From the NCBI GenBank assembly GCA_963825135.1, contig CAWGRW010000009.1, positions 768,001 to 832,000 on the forward strand: a stretch of 64,000 bases of DNA, given 5' to 3'. A program made the position numbers and the translations under genes. The notes below the pieces were generated by a model, which was not told the origin of the DNA, ran no database searches, and worked only from the letters and a program-made list of their open reading frames with translations. This DNA is from an uncultured bacterium (GTDB taxonomy: Bacteria; Desulfobacterota_D; UBA1144; Nemesobacterales; UBA2774). Shown here piece by piece: positions 31,144 through 40,257 of this stretch (position 1 is the first letter of the stretch; each line of letters starts with the position of its first letter).

Positions 31144-32928
31144 CTACCCAGGCAACACCAAACGCTTGGATTGAAAAACTATTCTCCAGTCCAGGTTTTC
31201 AGAGGTCATAATCTCCGCCGTATTTTCAGCGATGAAGCCGAGAAGCCGGTAGGAGGGAACGAAGTCCGCCTTATCGAGCTCGTTCCTCAGATTCTCCAGA
31301 TGTGCGCTCATGGCATCCGACCTCTTCGCTATGAGCTCGAATTCCCCCTGTGTCCTGATGCTATAGAATGCCGCTCCCAATGCGGGGAAAATAGCGGCGC
31401 AGATCGTGAGCCAGTCCTTGTGAAAATACAGATGGGAAAGGCATGCTATAACCGTGAGCACGAATAGCGCGGAGCCGATGATATGCAGTGTGTCATGGAT
31501 CCTGTGGAAACGGGGAGAGTTGCGCTTGTGATAATTAATCTGCCCGGTGATCTCCTGCTCCGACAAAAAGGCCCTGTATGATCCGAGGTATCCGGCGTCT
31601 ATCTTCGCTTCCACCAATCCGGCCTCCCGAACCACCGCCCTGAAGTGCCAGTTCACCCAGGAGTTCCTGGGGTCTCCGTACGTATCGTGGGCCGGCACCC
31701 TGAACGCCGGCGTCGTCAGACCGAGCGGTGCAAGAAATCTGAGCTGTCTCAGCTGTTCGGACAGGAGCCTGTAATCGATCCACCTCTCGTGCCATCGTTT
31801 TATATTCCCGATGACGGTGATCATTATTATCAGCAGGATCAGAGCGAGCTCGCATGATATCCACAGGTCCTCAAATCTCGTTACAGTCGGAAGCAGCGCG
31901 AAAAAGACCGCCAGCCCGGCCAGCAGGTAGTTAGCCAGAAAGGAGCTCCTGTAAATATTTGAATAGTAATTCGCGAGCTTGTCGGCCCAGGTATAATGCG
32001 TAAGGAATTTTTCGTTTATCTGCTCCTTCACGGAAAGCGGAAAGTCAGGACACGAATCCCATTTCATCCGCCATTCTTCTATTGTCGCTTCATCGAAATT
32101 CCTGACGCTCGCGCCCCCCGTATCTATCCGTTCTCCCGCGAATACATCGCAGAAAGTTTCAAATAGGAATCCCCAAGTCCAGGAAGGCTGTCTTTCCTGA
32201 AAATACGTCCTGCTGAGGTCGGGTCTCCGGGGGGACAGGTGTTTTAAAACCCTCTTCAGCCGCAGCTCGAGCTCGCGCACGCCCACTTTTCTAAACCCTT
32301 CGTATTCTCCGCCCATAAGGACGCTCATATCGTGCGGGGCCGCGGAGTTTATCCAGACCACTGGTATTTCGTTAATGAGCGCTTCCTTCACCACCTGACC
32401 CGTACCCCCCTTCCCTTTCGCGTCCTCCCCGTCCCATATAGCGATCAGCACGTCGCTCTGTGCGAGCACCATGCGTCCTACGGCCTGATAGGACTCGTTC
32501 TCGGCCTCGGGCGTCGATCTCGAACCGTCGAGCTCAAATACGGAGGTGGCTTTGGCGAGCATCGCCCTGTAGTTCTCGATTGACGCGCCGTCCGCAAAAT
32601 CCTTTTCATATTCATAACGGCTGAAAGGAAGCGCACACTGAAGCTCATATCCTTCCTTAAGCGCCTCCTCGGCGACAAGCATGTCGGCCCCCTCTGCGAG
32701 AGGAGATATTACCCTCAGCGCAGGGGGTCCGCCGTCGGCATAGAGGGACTCGGAAGACGACTTTACCTCGTTCGCGACTCCACTTATATGTCTCAGGACT
32801 TCATTGATGCGCGTCCCCAGCATCCCGGTGTCCGCATTCTCGAGTCCGGCGGGACGGTGACCCGTGACGCCGACCCTGACTGCGAGGCGGGCTTTCGGGG
32901 GAGATTTCAATTTCATGCCGGCGTTCAT
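31144..32928 (-). CDS. SLOG (YpsA-like) + tandem SLATT/DUF4231-like membrane effector
   Basis: VGVTGHR, SPLAEGAD, AIWDG..GKGGT SLOG motifs; two 2-TM modules with ADKLANYY, WIDYRLLSEQLR, QINYH, ENLDW. Confidence 0.8.
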   Translation of the reverse strand: MNAGMKLKSPPKARLAVRVGVTGHRPAGLENADTGMLGTRINEVLRHISGVANEVKSSSESLYADGGPPALRVISPLAEGADMLVAEEALKEGYELQCALPFSRYEYEKDFADGASIENYRAMLAKATSVFELDGSRSTPEAENESYQAVGRMVLAQSDVLIAIWDGEDAKGKGGTGQVVKEALINEIPVVWINSAAPHDMSVLMGGEYEGFRKVGVRELELRLKRVLKHLSPRRPDLSRTYFQERQPSWTWGFLFETFCDVFAGERIDTGGASVRNFDEATIEEWRMKWDSCPDFPLSVKEQINEKFLTHYTWADKLANYYSNIYRSSFLANYLLAGLAVFFALLPTVTRFEDLWISCELALILLIIMITVIGNIKRWHERWIDYRLLSEQLRQLRFLAPLGLTTPAFRVPAHDTYGDPRNSWVNWHFRAVVREAGLVEAKIDAGYLGSYRAFLSEQEITGQINYHKRNSPRFHRIHDTLHIIGSALFVLTVIACLSHLYFHKDWLTICAAIFPALGAAFYSIRTQGEFELIAKRSDAMSAHLENLRNELDKADFVPSYRLLGFIAENTAEIMTSENLDWRIVFQSKRLVLPG

Positions 32929-32934
32929 AGCATT

Positions 32935-34788
32935 TTATCCTTTGGGCACCTCTATAGGCACATTCCTGTGAGTCCAGAGCCAGTCGCTGTTCTCAAGAAG
33001 CGCTTCCCTGCCGACCGCGACGAGAACCCTCTCTGCAGGCACTTTCCCTATTTCCAGCTCTCTCCTCGCGGAAGCATAAGTTTGCTGGGCCAGGCTGTAT
33101 CTCCTCTCAAGCTCGTCATAAGCCCTCTTGCTTTTATACGCCTGGGCGGCAACACCCACGGCGGCAATGGCTCCTAAAAGAATCTGAAAATCATTTATAG
33201 CATTGTTGTTACCGACCCCCGCGATCACTACGTACACTCCATACACGAGAGCGATCAGGAGAGTAAACACAAAGGACAGGAAAGTGATATTGCCGAACTG
33301 CCGGGACATGGCCAGGAGCGGTCTTTTTTTTGACCTGAAATAATCGAGCTGAGATTCAATCCAGAGCCTTTTGGTAATATCCAGGAATTGAGCATTCTGC
33401 CGTACCGGTTTAGCGCCGCCGGCTCTCAATGTCATGATCTCGACGCTTCTCACGGCCTTTCTTATCCATGTCAGCAAACCCTCATATTTACTCAGGTAAT
33501 GCGAGGATACGTTCTCGTTTATCCCGGAGAGCGTCCAAAAAAACTGGACCCTGAGGCCCTCCGCGAGCGCCCTGTAGTCGAGGAAGCGGTCCTCTATCCT
33601 TTCCCTCGAGGTCTTTTTCACCAGGAGCGCTATTGCGGGGATGAGACCGATGTAAAACAGAACCAGATAAGAACTCATATCGATCAGCCCGTACAGTACG
33701 ACGGCTATAAAAAATAGTACGTATATCCAGTTGACGAGTCTCGCGGTTTTTTTTTGATAGAACTGCGATAAAACGTCCGCCCCGGAGTAAAGGCGCATAA
33801 TTTTCCCGAGCGTCTCATCCCCCGATATGAGCTCGTTATCATACTCGTCCTGTAACAAATACTTCATGGATTTAACGAGCTCTTTATCACCGTGATCGTC
33901 GAGATAATTTTTTATATCGAGATTAAAACCCTCGATCCTCTCGACGATGCCTATGAAGGGCGTGTGTTCATATCTGTCCCCGGTATCCGCTCCGGCGCGC
34001 TTAAAAAAACGGTCATATAGATTATCGAGGGTATTGCTCACCGATTGAACAAGGCTGAAAAATTTCCGGGAGGCGGCCCTGAGCACGGCGCTCGGAATTC
34101 CGAATTGCCTTCCGGAGACGTTGAGCTCTGCCGAGGAATCTTCCTCGTAAGGAACGGATTCCGCCCTGCTCCGGCGGGTCTGCGGATTTATCGTTATAAT
34201 CATGCTCTTGTCCATATTATCGAGACCGGTCTTATTCTCCCTGAGAGAGTATTCCCGCGTTATGCTGCCTTCGCGTATCCACTTTATTATCTGCGCAGTC
34301 GTATCAGGCTCTTCCATATCGTCATCGGCACATATCGCAAAAAGGATTTCGCTGTGTTCGGCAATAAAGGCGGCGGCGAATCTCTCGGTCAACGCCTGAT
34401 CCCCTATTAAGCCGTCTCTCTCCCCTCCAAGTCGTGATCTAATTTGGGACGAGATGTCTATAGATGACTCGGCCTGTCCGAGAACCCGCCTGAAATCCTC
34501 CCCGTTTTCATCGTCCGCGAGCGCATTTTCATAGCGCCCGAGCGGCATAGGGAGTATCGCAATAAGTCTCGCGTTTAGGTGCTCAATCGCAAGCCTCGCC
34601 GTCAGACGCTCCTCGCTCTCGGCGAGAGAGGATATAACGACGAACGGTGAGTTGGGAAAAGTATTGCGGAGCCGGACCATCTCGGAGATTATAAGACCCG
34701 AGATGCTCTCCTCTTCGGCAATATCGCCTTTCCGGCTGCTCACGCCAATAACAATCGGGATTAGGTAGTCTTCGCTTATCGGTGGCAT
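32935..34788 (-). CDS. Degenerate SLOG + tandem SLATT/DUF4231-like membrane protein
   Basis: Same architecture as the adjacent gene (IGVSSRK, SSLAESEE, ILPM; ADVLSQFY, FLDYRALAEGLR, QLDYF, ENSDW). Confidence 0.75.
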   Translation of the reverse strand: MPPISEDYLIPIVIGVSSRKGDIAEEESISGLIISEMVRLRNTFPNSPFVVISSLAESEERLTARLAIEHLNARLIAILPMPLGRYENALADDENGEDFRRVLGQAESSIDISSQIRSRLGGERDGLIGDQALTERFAAAFIAEHSEILFAICADDDMEEPDTTAQIIKWIREGSITREYSLRENKTGLDNMDKSMIITINPQTRRSRAESVPYEEDSSAELNVSGRQFGIPSAVLRAASRKFFSLVQSVSNTLDNLYDRFFKRAGADTGDRYEHTPFIGIVERIEGFNLDIKNYLDDHGDKELVKSMKYLLQDEYDNELISGDETLGKIMRLYSGADVLSQFYQKKTARLVNWIYVLFFIAVVLYGLIDMSSYLVLFYIGLIPAIALLVKKTSRERIEDRFLDYRALAEGLRVQFFWTLSGINENVSSHYLSKYEGLLTWIRKAVRSVEIMTLRAGGAKPVRQNAQFLDITKRLWIESQLDYFRSKKRPLLAMSRQFGNITFLSFVFTLLIALVYGVYVVIAGVGNNNAINDFQILLGAIAAVGVAAQAYKSKRAYDELERRYSLAQQTYASARRELEIGKVPAERVLVAVGREALLENSDWLWTHRNVPIEVPKG

Positions 34789-35273
34789 GTTCGGGTTTCA
34801 CTGCACATACAGCATCTTACTCCGCGTAACCGGTATCCGTGCGGAAGAAATCAGGCCCGCGAAACCCCAGGCTGGCACTGCCCGGGCGTTGCGAATATCT
34901 CCGGTAACCGTATCGATCTCTTCCATGAATATACGATTGAGCGCTTTAAAGGGCTCAGAACGTCCCGGATTGCGGGAACAGCCCCTCATAGTTTTATGAC
35001 CCATCGTAAACAGATCCCATATATGACCCGGCGATATAACAATTCTAATAATGCGGGAGTAATAATTCAATAACTCCGCAAAGTCGATTGAGATGCGGGT
35101 TCAGGCGATGGGGTATATCACGGTACTGTTTCTTGAACGGTCCCGGATACGACGGGAGCAATAATCGCGATATCAATATTCCTGTTGCGAAAATCGACTC
35201 TCACCGTATATAATTGAATGACTTACGAATCGTGAAGCCGTAAAAGACCATAAAGTCCGGAGGAATCACCGTT

Positions 35274-35672
35274 ATGAAAAAGCAGAAGCTCATGATCCTG
35301 GTACTGTTGGCAGCATGCCCGTTCATATTGACAGGATGCCTGGCCGCCGCCGCCGTAGGCGGGGCCGCCGCCGCCGGAGCAGGTACGGTAGCGTATATAA
35401 AAGGCGAATTGAAGGCCACTGAAGAAGCGACTCTGAACAAGACATGGCAAGCGACGGTCGCCGCGATAGACGGACTCCAGTTTCTGGTCGTCAATAAGAT
35501 AAAGGACAACGTCTCGGCGGAGCTCGAAGCGAAAACCGCCGATAACAAGACCGTGAAGATACAGCTCAAGAGAGTCACCGACAACCTCACCGACATATCT
35601 ATCAGGATCGGCACGTTCGGCGATGAAAGCCTTTCCCGCTATATACTCAGCAAGATAGAGGCCAAGCTCTAG
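35274..35672 (+). CDS. DUF3568-family lipoprotein
   Basis: Lipobox LTGC, Ala/Gly-rich helix, SIRIGTFGDE. Confidence 0.8.
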   Translation: MKKQKLMILVLLAACPFILTGCLAAAAVGGAAAAGAGTVAYIKGELKATEEATLNKTWQATVAAIDGLQFLVVNKIKDNVSAELEAKTADNKTVKIQLKRVTDNLTDISIRIGTFGDESLSRYILSKIEAKL

Positions 35673-35757
35673 AGGCCGGACGCAGCCCGGGTCGGGGTCA
35701 AGGCGAACCCCTATCGACACCGGCCTTCGGGTAAAATCGTTTCCAGGACCTAAAAAT

Positions 35758-36120
35758 ATGATTTCACCCGAAAAAACCGCGCGTATAGCGAAGGACTGGA
35801 TAGATGCCTGGAATAGACACGACCTCGATTCCATACTGTCTCATTATGCCGAGGAGGTGGAATTCACTTCCCCATTCGCGGTAAGACTCATGGGGGAACC
35901 CTCCGGTACAATCAAGGGAAAGGACAGGCTGAGGGAGTATTTCGACAAGGGGCTAAAGGCCTATCCCGATCTCAAATTCGAGCTCTTAAAGGTGTTTACG
36001 GGAGTCGGAAGTCTGACGATTTACTACCGGAGTGTTAAAGGGATGCTGGCCGCTGAGGTCATGTTTCCGGGAAGCGACGGAAGAATAGAGACGGTCATTG
36101 TTCATTATGCGGAAGGATGA
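35758..36120 (+). CDS. SnoaL/NTF2-like protein
   Basis: WIDAWNRHDLDSILSHYAE, GKDRLREYF. Confidence 0.85.
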   Translation: MISPEKTARIAKDWIDAWNRHDLDSILSHYAEEVEFTSPFAVRLMGEPSGTIKGKDRLREYFDKGLKAYPDLKFELLKVFTGVGSLTIYYRSVKGMLAAEVMFPGSDGRIETVIVHYAEG

Positions 36121-36150
36121 ACGGGCATCGCGAAATAACCCGGCCCTTAC

Positions 36151-36774
36151 TCAGAAGGAAGAGCCGGGCTGCTTTAGAAATTCTATCTCCTCGGCAGTGG
36201 ATTCCCTCCCCAGTATACTGTTTCTATGCGGAAACCTGCCGAACCTTTCTATAATTGCATAGTGCCTCTCGGCATAATCACTGTTGCTTGAGAGCATGTC
36301 AGCCAAGGCGGGCGGAGAGGTGAAATCCCTTTGCAGAGCCGAAAAAAGAGCTATCGACCTCGCCTGAATATCCAAATCCTCCGAGTGCATGAATGGCATG
36401 TAGAAGAAAACCCCCATGACCGGGTGGATCTCCCTATCGAACCCTCTTTCAATACCCCTCAGGGATAAATTCAGGGCCCGGGAGTCCTGCGCGAAGGCCT
36501 CGGGCCTGCCCCTGTATATATTCCTCGAGAATTGGTCCATCAGGATAATGAGAGCCAGCGTGCCGCGGGGAGATATTTCCCATACCCCTAGCCTCCCTTC
36601 CCTCGCATTTATCAGATCGGCTTCGAAATTAACCCTTATGAGCTCGTCTGTATTTTCGTCCTTCGCCCACCACATACGGCTCAAATGCTCGGGAGGGATT
36701 CCCCCCTCCTTCAAATCGCCGAACCAGAAATCCAGTATCAGCGCCTGTCTGCTCTCATCGGGTTTGAAATTCAT
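36151..36774 (-). CDS. DUF924 family protein
   Basis: ILDFWF, DQFSRNIYR, YMPFMHSE, FGRFPHRN. Confidence 0.9.
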   Translation of the reverse strand: MNFKPDESRQALILDFWFGDLKEGGIPPEHLSRMWWAKDENTDELIRVNFEADLINAREGRLGVWEISPRGTLALIILMDQFSRNIYRGRPEAFAQDSRALNLSLRGIERGFDREIHPVMGVFFYMPFMHSEDLDIQARSIALFSALQRDFTSPPALADMLSSNSDYAERHYAIIERFGRFPHRNSILGRESTAEEIEFLKQPGSSF

Positions 36775-37107
36775 AAGTAATCCTAATTATATCGTATTTT
36801 ATTGAACACCGCTTTGACGGTATGCCTTTTTCCTCGTAATTTGTAATAAATTCCGACCCGGCTTGCAAAAAAAATTAATAGATGTTACGATGTCCGAACC
36901 TGATTTTTTCTGACCGTTCGGCTTATTCGCCGGCTAATCCGGACACTTCTCGAATAAATCATTATTTATATTCAGTTTGCTCTTTAATAATGTCTCACAA
37001 CTATAATCGGCCTATAATAATTTTCCCCGTGAAAAAATATTTTATATATAAGTTTCTGGATTGACACACTTTTATTTTTTGATTATAAAATCGTGATAAA
37101 TAAACTC

Positions 37108-37161
37108 TTGACAACCACAACATATTGTGGTTCAATCGAAGCATAGCACAACATATTATGC
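37108..37161 (+). promoter_or_regulatory. nrdJ promoter with two NrdR boxes
   Basis: TTGACA at 37108; CCACAACATATTGTGG (37115-37130) and GCACAACATATTATGC (37146-37161), 31 bp apart, matching the NrdR consensus. Confidence 0.85.
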
Positions 37162-37187
37162 AGTGATACTGAAAGGAGGATGTCTAG

Positions 37188-39680
37188 ATGTCTTCGGATA
37201 AGCTCAGCCCGACACACGCAAACGGAAACGGCCATGGGACGAATTTGATAGATAAAGGCCTGGAATCAGAAATCGACGAAACAACCGCTGAAGCTTCTCC
37301 GGAAGAGGAGGAATTTGTAAAGCAAACCGAAGGGGTCATGGACATCCCTGAAAAGACCTTCAATGCATTCGGCGGGGACGAGCTGCGGGCCCGGGTTTTC
37401 TACGAAAAATATGCGCTCAGGGATAAAAACGGCAAGATCGTGGAGCTCGCTCCCGAAGATATGTGGAGGAGGGTCGCAAGAGAGATAGCTTCTCCCGAGA
37501 AGACCAAGGAGTTGAAAAAGGAGTGGGAAGACAATTTCTACTGGCTGCTTTCGAGCTTCAAATTCATCCCGGGGGGAAGGATCCTCTTCGGCGCGGGACA
37601 GAACAGAAGGTCCACGCTCCTGAATTGCTACTTCATGCCTATAAAAGAGGATTCGATCGAGGGCATTTTCGAATGGTGCAAAGAGGCGGCCAGGACGTAT
37701 TCCTTCGGGGGCGGCGTGGGTACCGACATATCCATACTGAGACCCAAAGGCGCGCCCGTTAACAACTCGGCGATTTACTCGACCGGGGCAGTGTCCTTCA
37801 TGGACCTCCTCTCGACTACGACAGGCACGATCGGGCAGGCAGGCAGGCGCGGCGCCCTTATGATAACTATAAACGTAAGCCACCCGGATATAATGGAATT
37901 TATGGACGTTAAAAACGACACGGAAAGGTCTCGCGTCAAGTTCGCCAACATCTCCGTAAAGATCACAGACGACTTCATGAAAGCCGTCGAAGAAGACAAG
38001 GATTATGAGCTCAGGTTCGAAAATGAAAAAGTTAAGTATTCAAAAACCGTCCGCGCGAGGAACGTATGGGAGAAGCTCGTAAAGTCCGCGTGGGCCTCTG
38101 CCGAGCCGGGTGTCATATTCTGGGACGCCGTTAAGAAATATTCCCCCACCGAGTACGGCGGCATGGAGGTAAACGGCGTGAACCCCTGCAGCGAGCAGGC
38201 CCTTGAGGATTACGGCAACTGCTGCCTTGGGAACGTCAATTTGTCCCCTTTTGTCAAAAACGCTTTCACTGAGGAGGCATCGATTGACTGGGAGAGCCTC
38301 GAGAGGGCTTTCAAATACTCGGTCAGGTTCCTCGACAATGTTCTCGATTACAACATGAACAAGCACCCTCTCGTGTATCAGACAAAGTCATCGGCACACT
38401 CCAGACGCATCGGGGTGGGCTTCACCGGATTCGGGGACATGCTCACGAAGCTGAACATAAAATACGACACGCACGAGGCGGTTGAATTCGCCGACAAGAT
38501 GTTCGAGCACATAAAGAACACCGTATACGAGGCGAGTTCCGATCTCGCGGTTGAAAAAGGCAATTTCCCCGCCTATGACAAGGACACTCACCTGTCACGG
38601 CTATTCCTCAAGACAATCGACGAGCGCGTGCTTGGAAAGATTAAGGCGCAGGGGTTGAGGAACGCCTGTATCCTCACCGTCCCGCCCGTCGGCAGCGGCT
38701 CCGTGCTCGCAGGAACGACGAGCGGCGTTGAGCCTATGTTCGCACTATCATACTTCAGGCGCTCAAAGTCGCTCTCGAAAGGTGAATTCAAGGTCTATCA
38801 CCCCCTCGTAGGGGAATATATCGAAAAGTTCGGCCTCGAAAGCGAGAAGGAGCTTCCCGATACGTTCGTAACCTCCCATGAGATAGGACCGGAAATGAGG
38901 GTCCGGATGCAGGCCGCGATACAGAAGCACATCGATTCCTGCATTTCCAGCACCGTGAACCTGCCGGCTGAAATAACACTCGATGAAGTGGAGAAGATCT
39001 ATTTCCTCGCGTGGAAGCTCGGCTGTAAAGGCATTACGGTTTACAGGGAAGGTTCAAGAGAAGGCATACTGGTCACAGAGGAACAGGCAAAGGCCCAACA
39101 ACAGACAAAAGAAGAAATAAAGCTTCCGACCCAGACCCAGGACGAAGGGATGAAAATAACCCATCACCCCAACCCCATCTCATCCCTTCGTCCAACCCAA
39201 ATGCCGGAGATCAAGCCGATAAAGCGGCCTCAGTTCCTGCAGGGGTTTACGGAAGTCATTAAAACGGGATATGGGAACCTCTATGTAACAATCAACACCT
39301 ATGACGGAAGACCGTTCGAGGTCTTCGTACAGATAGGCAAATCGGGATACTCCACCATGGCCGACGCCGAGGCGACCGGAAGACTGGTTTCCCTTGCTCT
39401 CAGGTCCGGTATTAGCGTAAAAGACGTGGTAGAGCAATTAGAAGGAATAGGCGGGTCGTCCCCTGTTTTCTCGGAAGGGAAACTGGTGATGTCGATACCG
39501 GACGCAATCGCGACTGTTCTGAAGAAGCACTTCGGTCAGCCCGCGGAGAACGCGCCGGAATCCTCGAGGCGGACGGTTGATTTAAACCTCGAGCGCTGCC
39601 CTGACTGCGGGGATAGGGCCCTCGCGTTCGAGCAGGGGTGCATGACCTGCAGAAGCTGCGGCTTTTCCAAATGCGACTAA
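37188..39680 (+). CDS. nrdJ: Adenosylcobalamin-dependent ribonucleotide reductase (class II) with C-terminal TSCPD/Zn-ribbon domain
   Basis: PGGRIL, LNCY, GGGVG, RRGA, EPG, NPCSE, CLGNVNL, ISSTVNL, KGITVYREGSR, SIPDAIA, CxxC...CxxC. Confidence 0.93.
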   Translation: MSSDKLSPTHANGNGHGTNLIDKGLESEIDETTAEASPEEEEFVKQTEGVMDIPEKTFNAFGGDELRARVFYEKYALRDKNGKIVELAPEDMWRRVAREIASPEKTKELKKEWEDNFYWLLSSFKFIPGGRILFGAGQNRRSTLLNCYFMPIKEDSIEGIFEWCKEAARTYSFGGGVGTDISILRPKGAPVNNSAIYSTGAVSFMDLLSTTTGTIGQAGRRGALMITINVSHPDIMEFMDVKNDTERSRVKFANISVKITDDFMKAVEEDKDYELRFENEKVKYSKTVRARNVWEKLVKSAWASAEPGVIFWDAVKKYSPTEYGGMEVNGVNPCSEQALEDYGNCCLGNVNLSPFVKNAFTEEASIDWESLERAFKYSVRFLDNVLDYNMNKHPLVYQTKSSAHSRRIGVGFTGFGDMLTKLNIKYDTHEAVEFADKMFEHIKNTVYEASSDLAVEKGNFPAYDKDTHLSRLFLKTIDERVLGKIKAQGLRNACILTVPPVGSGSVLAGTTSGVEPMFALSYFRRSKSLSKGEFKVYHPLVGEYIEKFGLESEKELPDTFVTSHEIGPEMRVRMQAAIQKHIDSCISSTVNLPAEITLDEVEKIYFLAWKLGCKGITVYREGSREGILVTEEQAKAQQQTKEEIKLPTQTQDEGMKITHHPNPISSLRPTQMPEIKPIKRPQFLQGFTEVIKTGYGNLYVTINTYDGRPFEVFVQIGKSGYSTMADAEATGRLVSLALRSGISVKDVVEQLEGIGGSSPVFSEGKLVMSIPDAIATVLKKHFGQPAENAPESSRRTVDLNLERCPDCGDRALAFEQGCMTCRSCGFSKCD

Positions 39681-39715
39681 AGTATTAACAAAACTATAAG
39701 AGGATGATGTTATGC

Positions 39716-39756
39716 AAAGAGCCCGGCCTCCCGAAAGAGGTTGGGCTTTTCGTTTT
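39716..39756 (+). terminator. Rho-independent terminator after nrdJ
   Basis: AGCCCGGCCTC-ccgaaa-GAGGTTGGGCT followed by TTTCGTTTT. Confidence 0.75.
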
Positions 39757-39805
39757 AATAGGATATTTTATATTTCTATACTACGAAGGACTCGGGCGCG
39801 GCTAA

Positions 39806-40129
39806 ATGAGTGAGCAAAAAAAAGGAAGTATAGTGTCGGGGCTCTTCTGGATGCTCATTATCTCGATCCTCCTTTTCTGGATACCCTCCGTAGGACCGCT
39901 TATCGCGGGCATCGTGGGAGGGAAGAAATCAGGGGGTGTCGGGAACGCGATAATCGCCGCATTACTGCCCGCGGCTCTCCTGGGCGGCTTACTCTTCCTA
40001 TTCGGGTCGGCCCTTACGGGAGCCCCGCTGATAGGCTTCGTAGCGGGCGCCGGGGCCTTCGTGCTGGTCGTGTCAAACGTGGGTCCGCTCATCATAGGGG
40101 CAATAATAGGCGGACTCCTCGCCGATTAG
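39806..40129 (+). CDS. Small Gly-rich membrane protein
   Basis: 107-aa hydrophobic ORF with GxxxG repeats. Confidence 0.7.
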   Translation: MSEQKKGSIVSGLFWMLIISILLFWIPSVGPLIAGIVGGKKSGGVGNAIIAALLPAALLGGLLFLFGSALTGAPLIGFVAGAGAFVLVVSNVGPLIIGAIIGGLLAD

Positions 40130-40257
40130 CCGTCAGCTCACGGCCCATACCCCTGATACCCGAATCTTCAGCCGGAAAATGAAAATGTCGGAACGGGACC
40201 TAGACCGCGCACATCCGTCATGTACGTGAAAACGTGTATGTAGAATCTTTCCCCGGA

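Noticed and set aside
34798..35070. 90-aa ORF upstream of the SLOG-SLATT operon as a fourth component
   Set aside because: No convincing RBS or domain; more likely promoter/leader region, though not fully excluded
29691..35270. Possibility that the TIR/SLOG-SLATT operon is a mobile island
   Set aside because: No integrase, transposase, tRNA or flanking direct repeats seen, and no obvious compositional shift by eye
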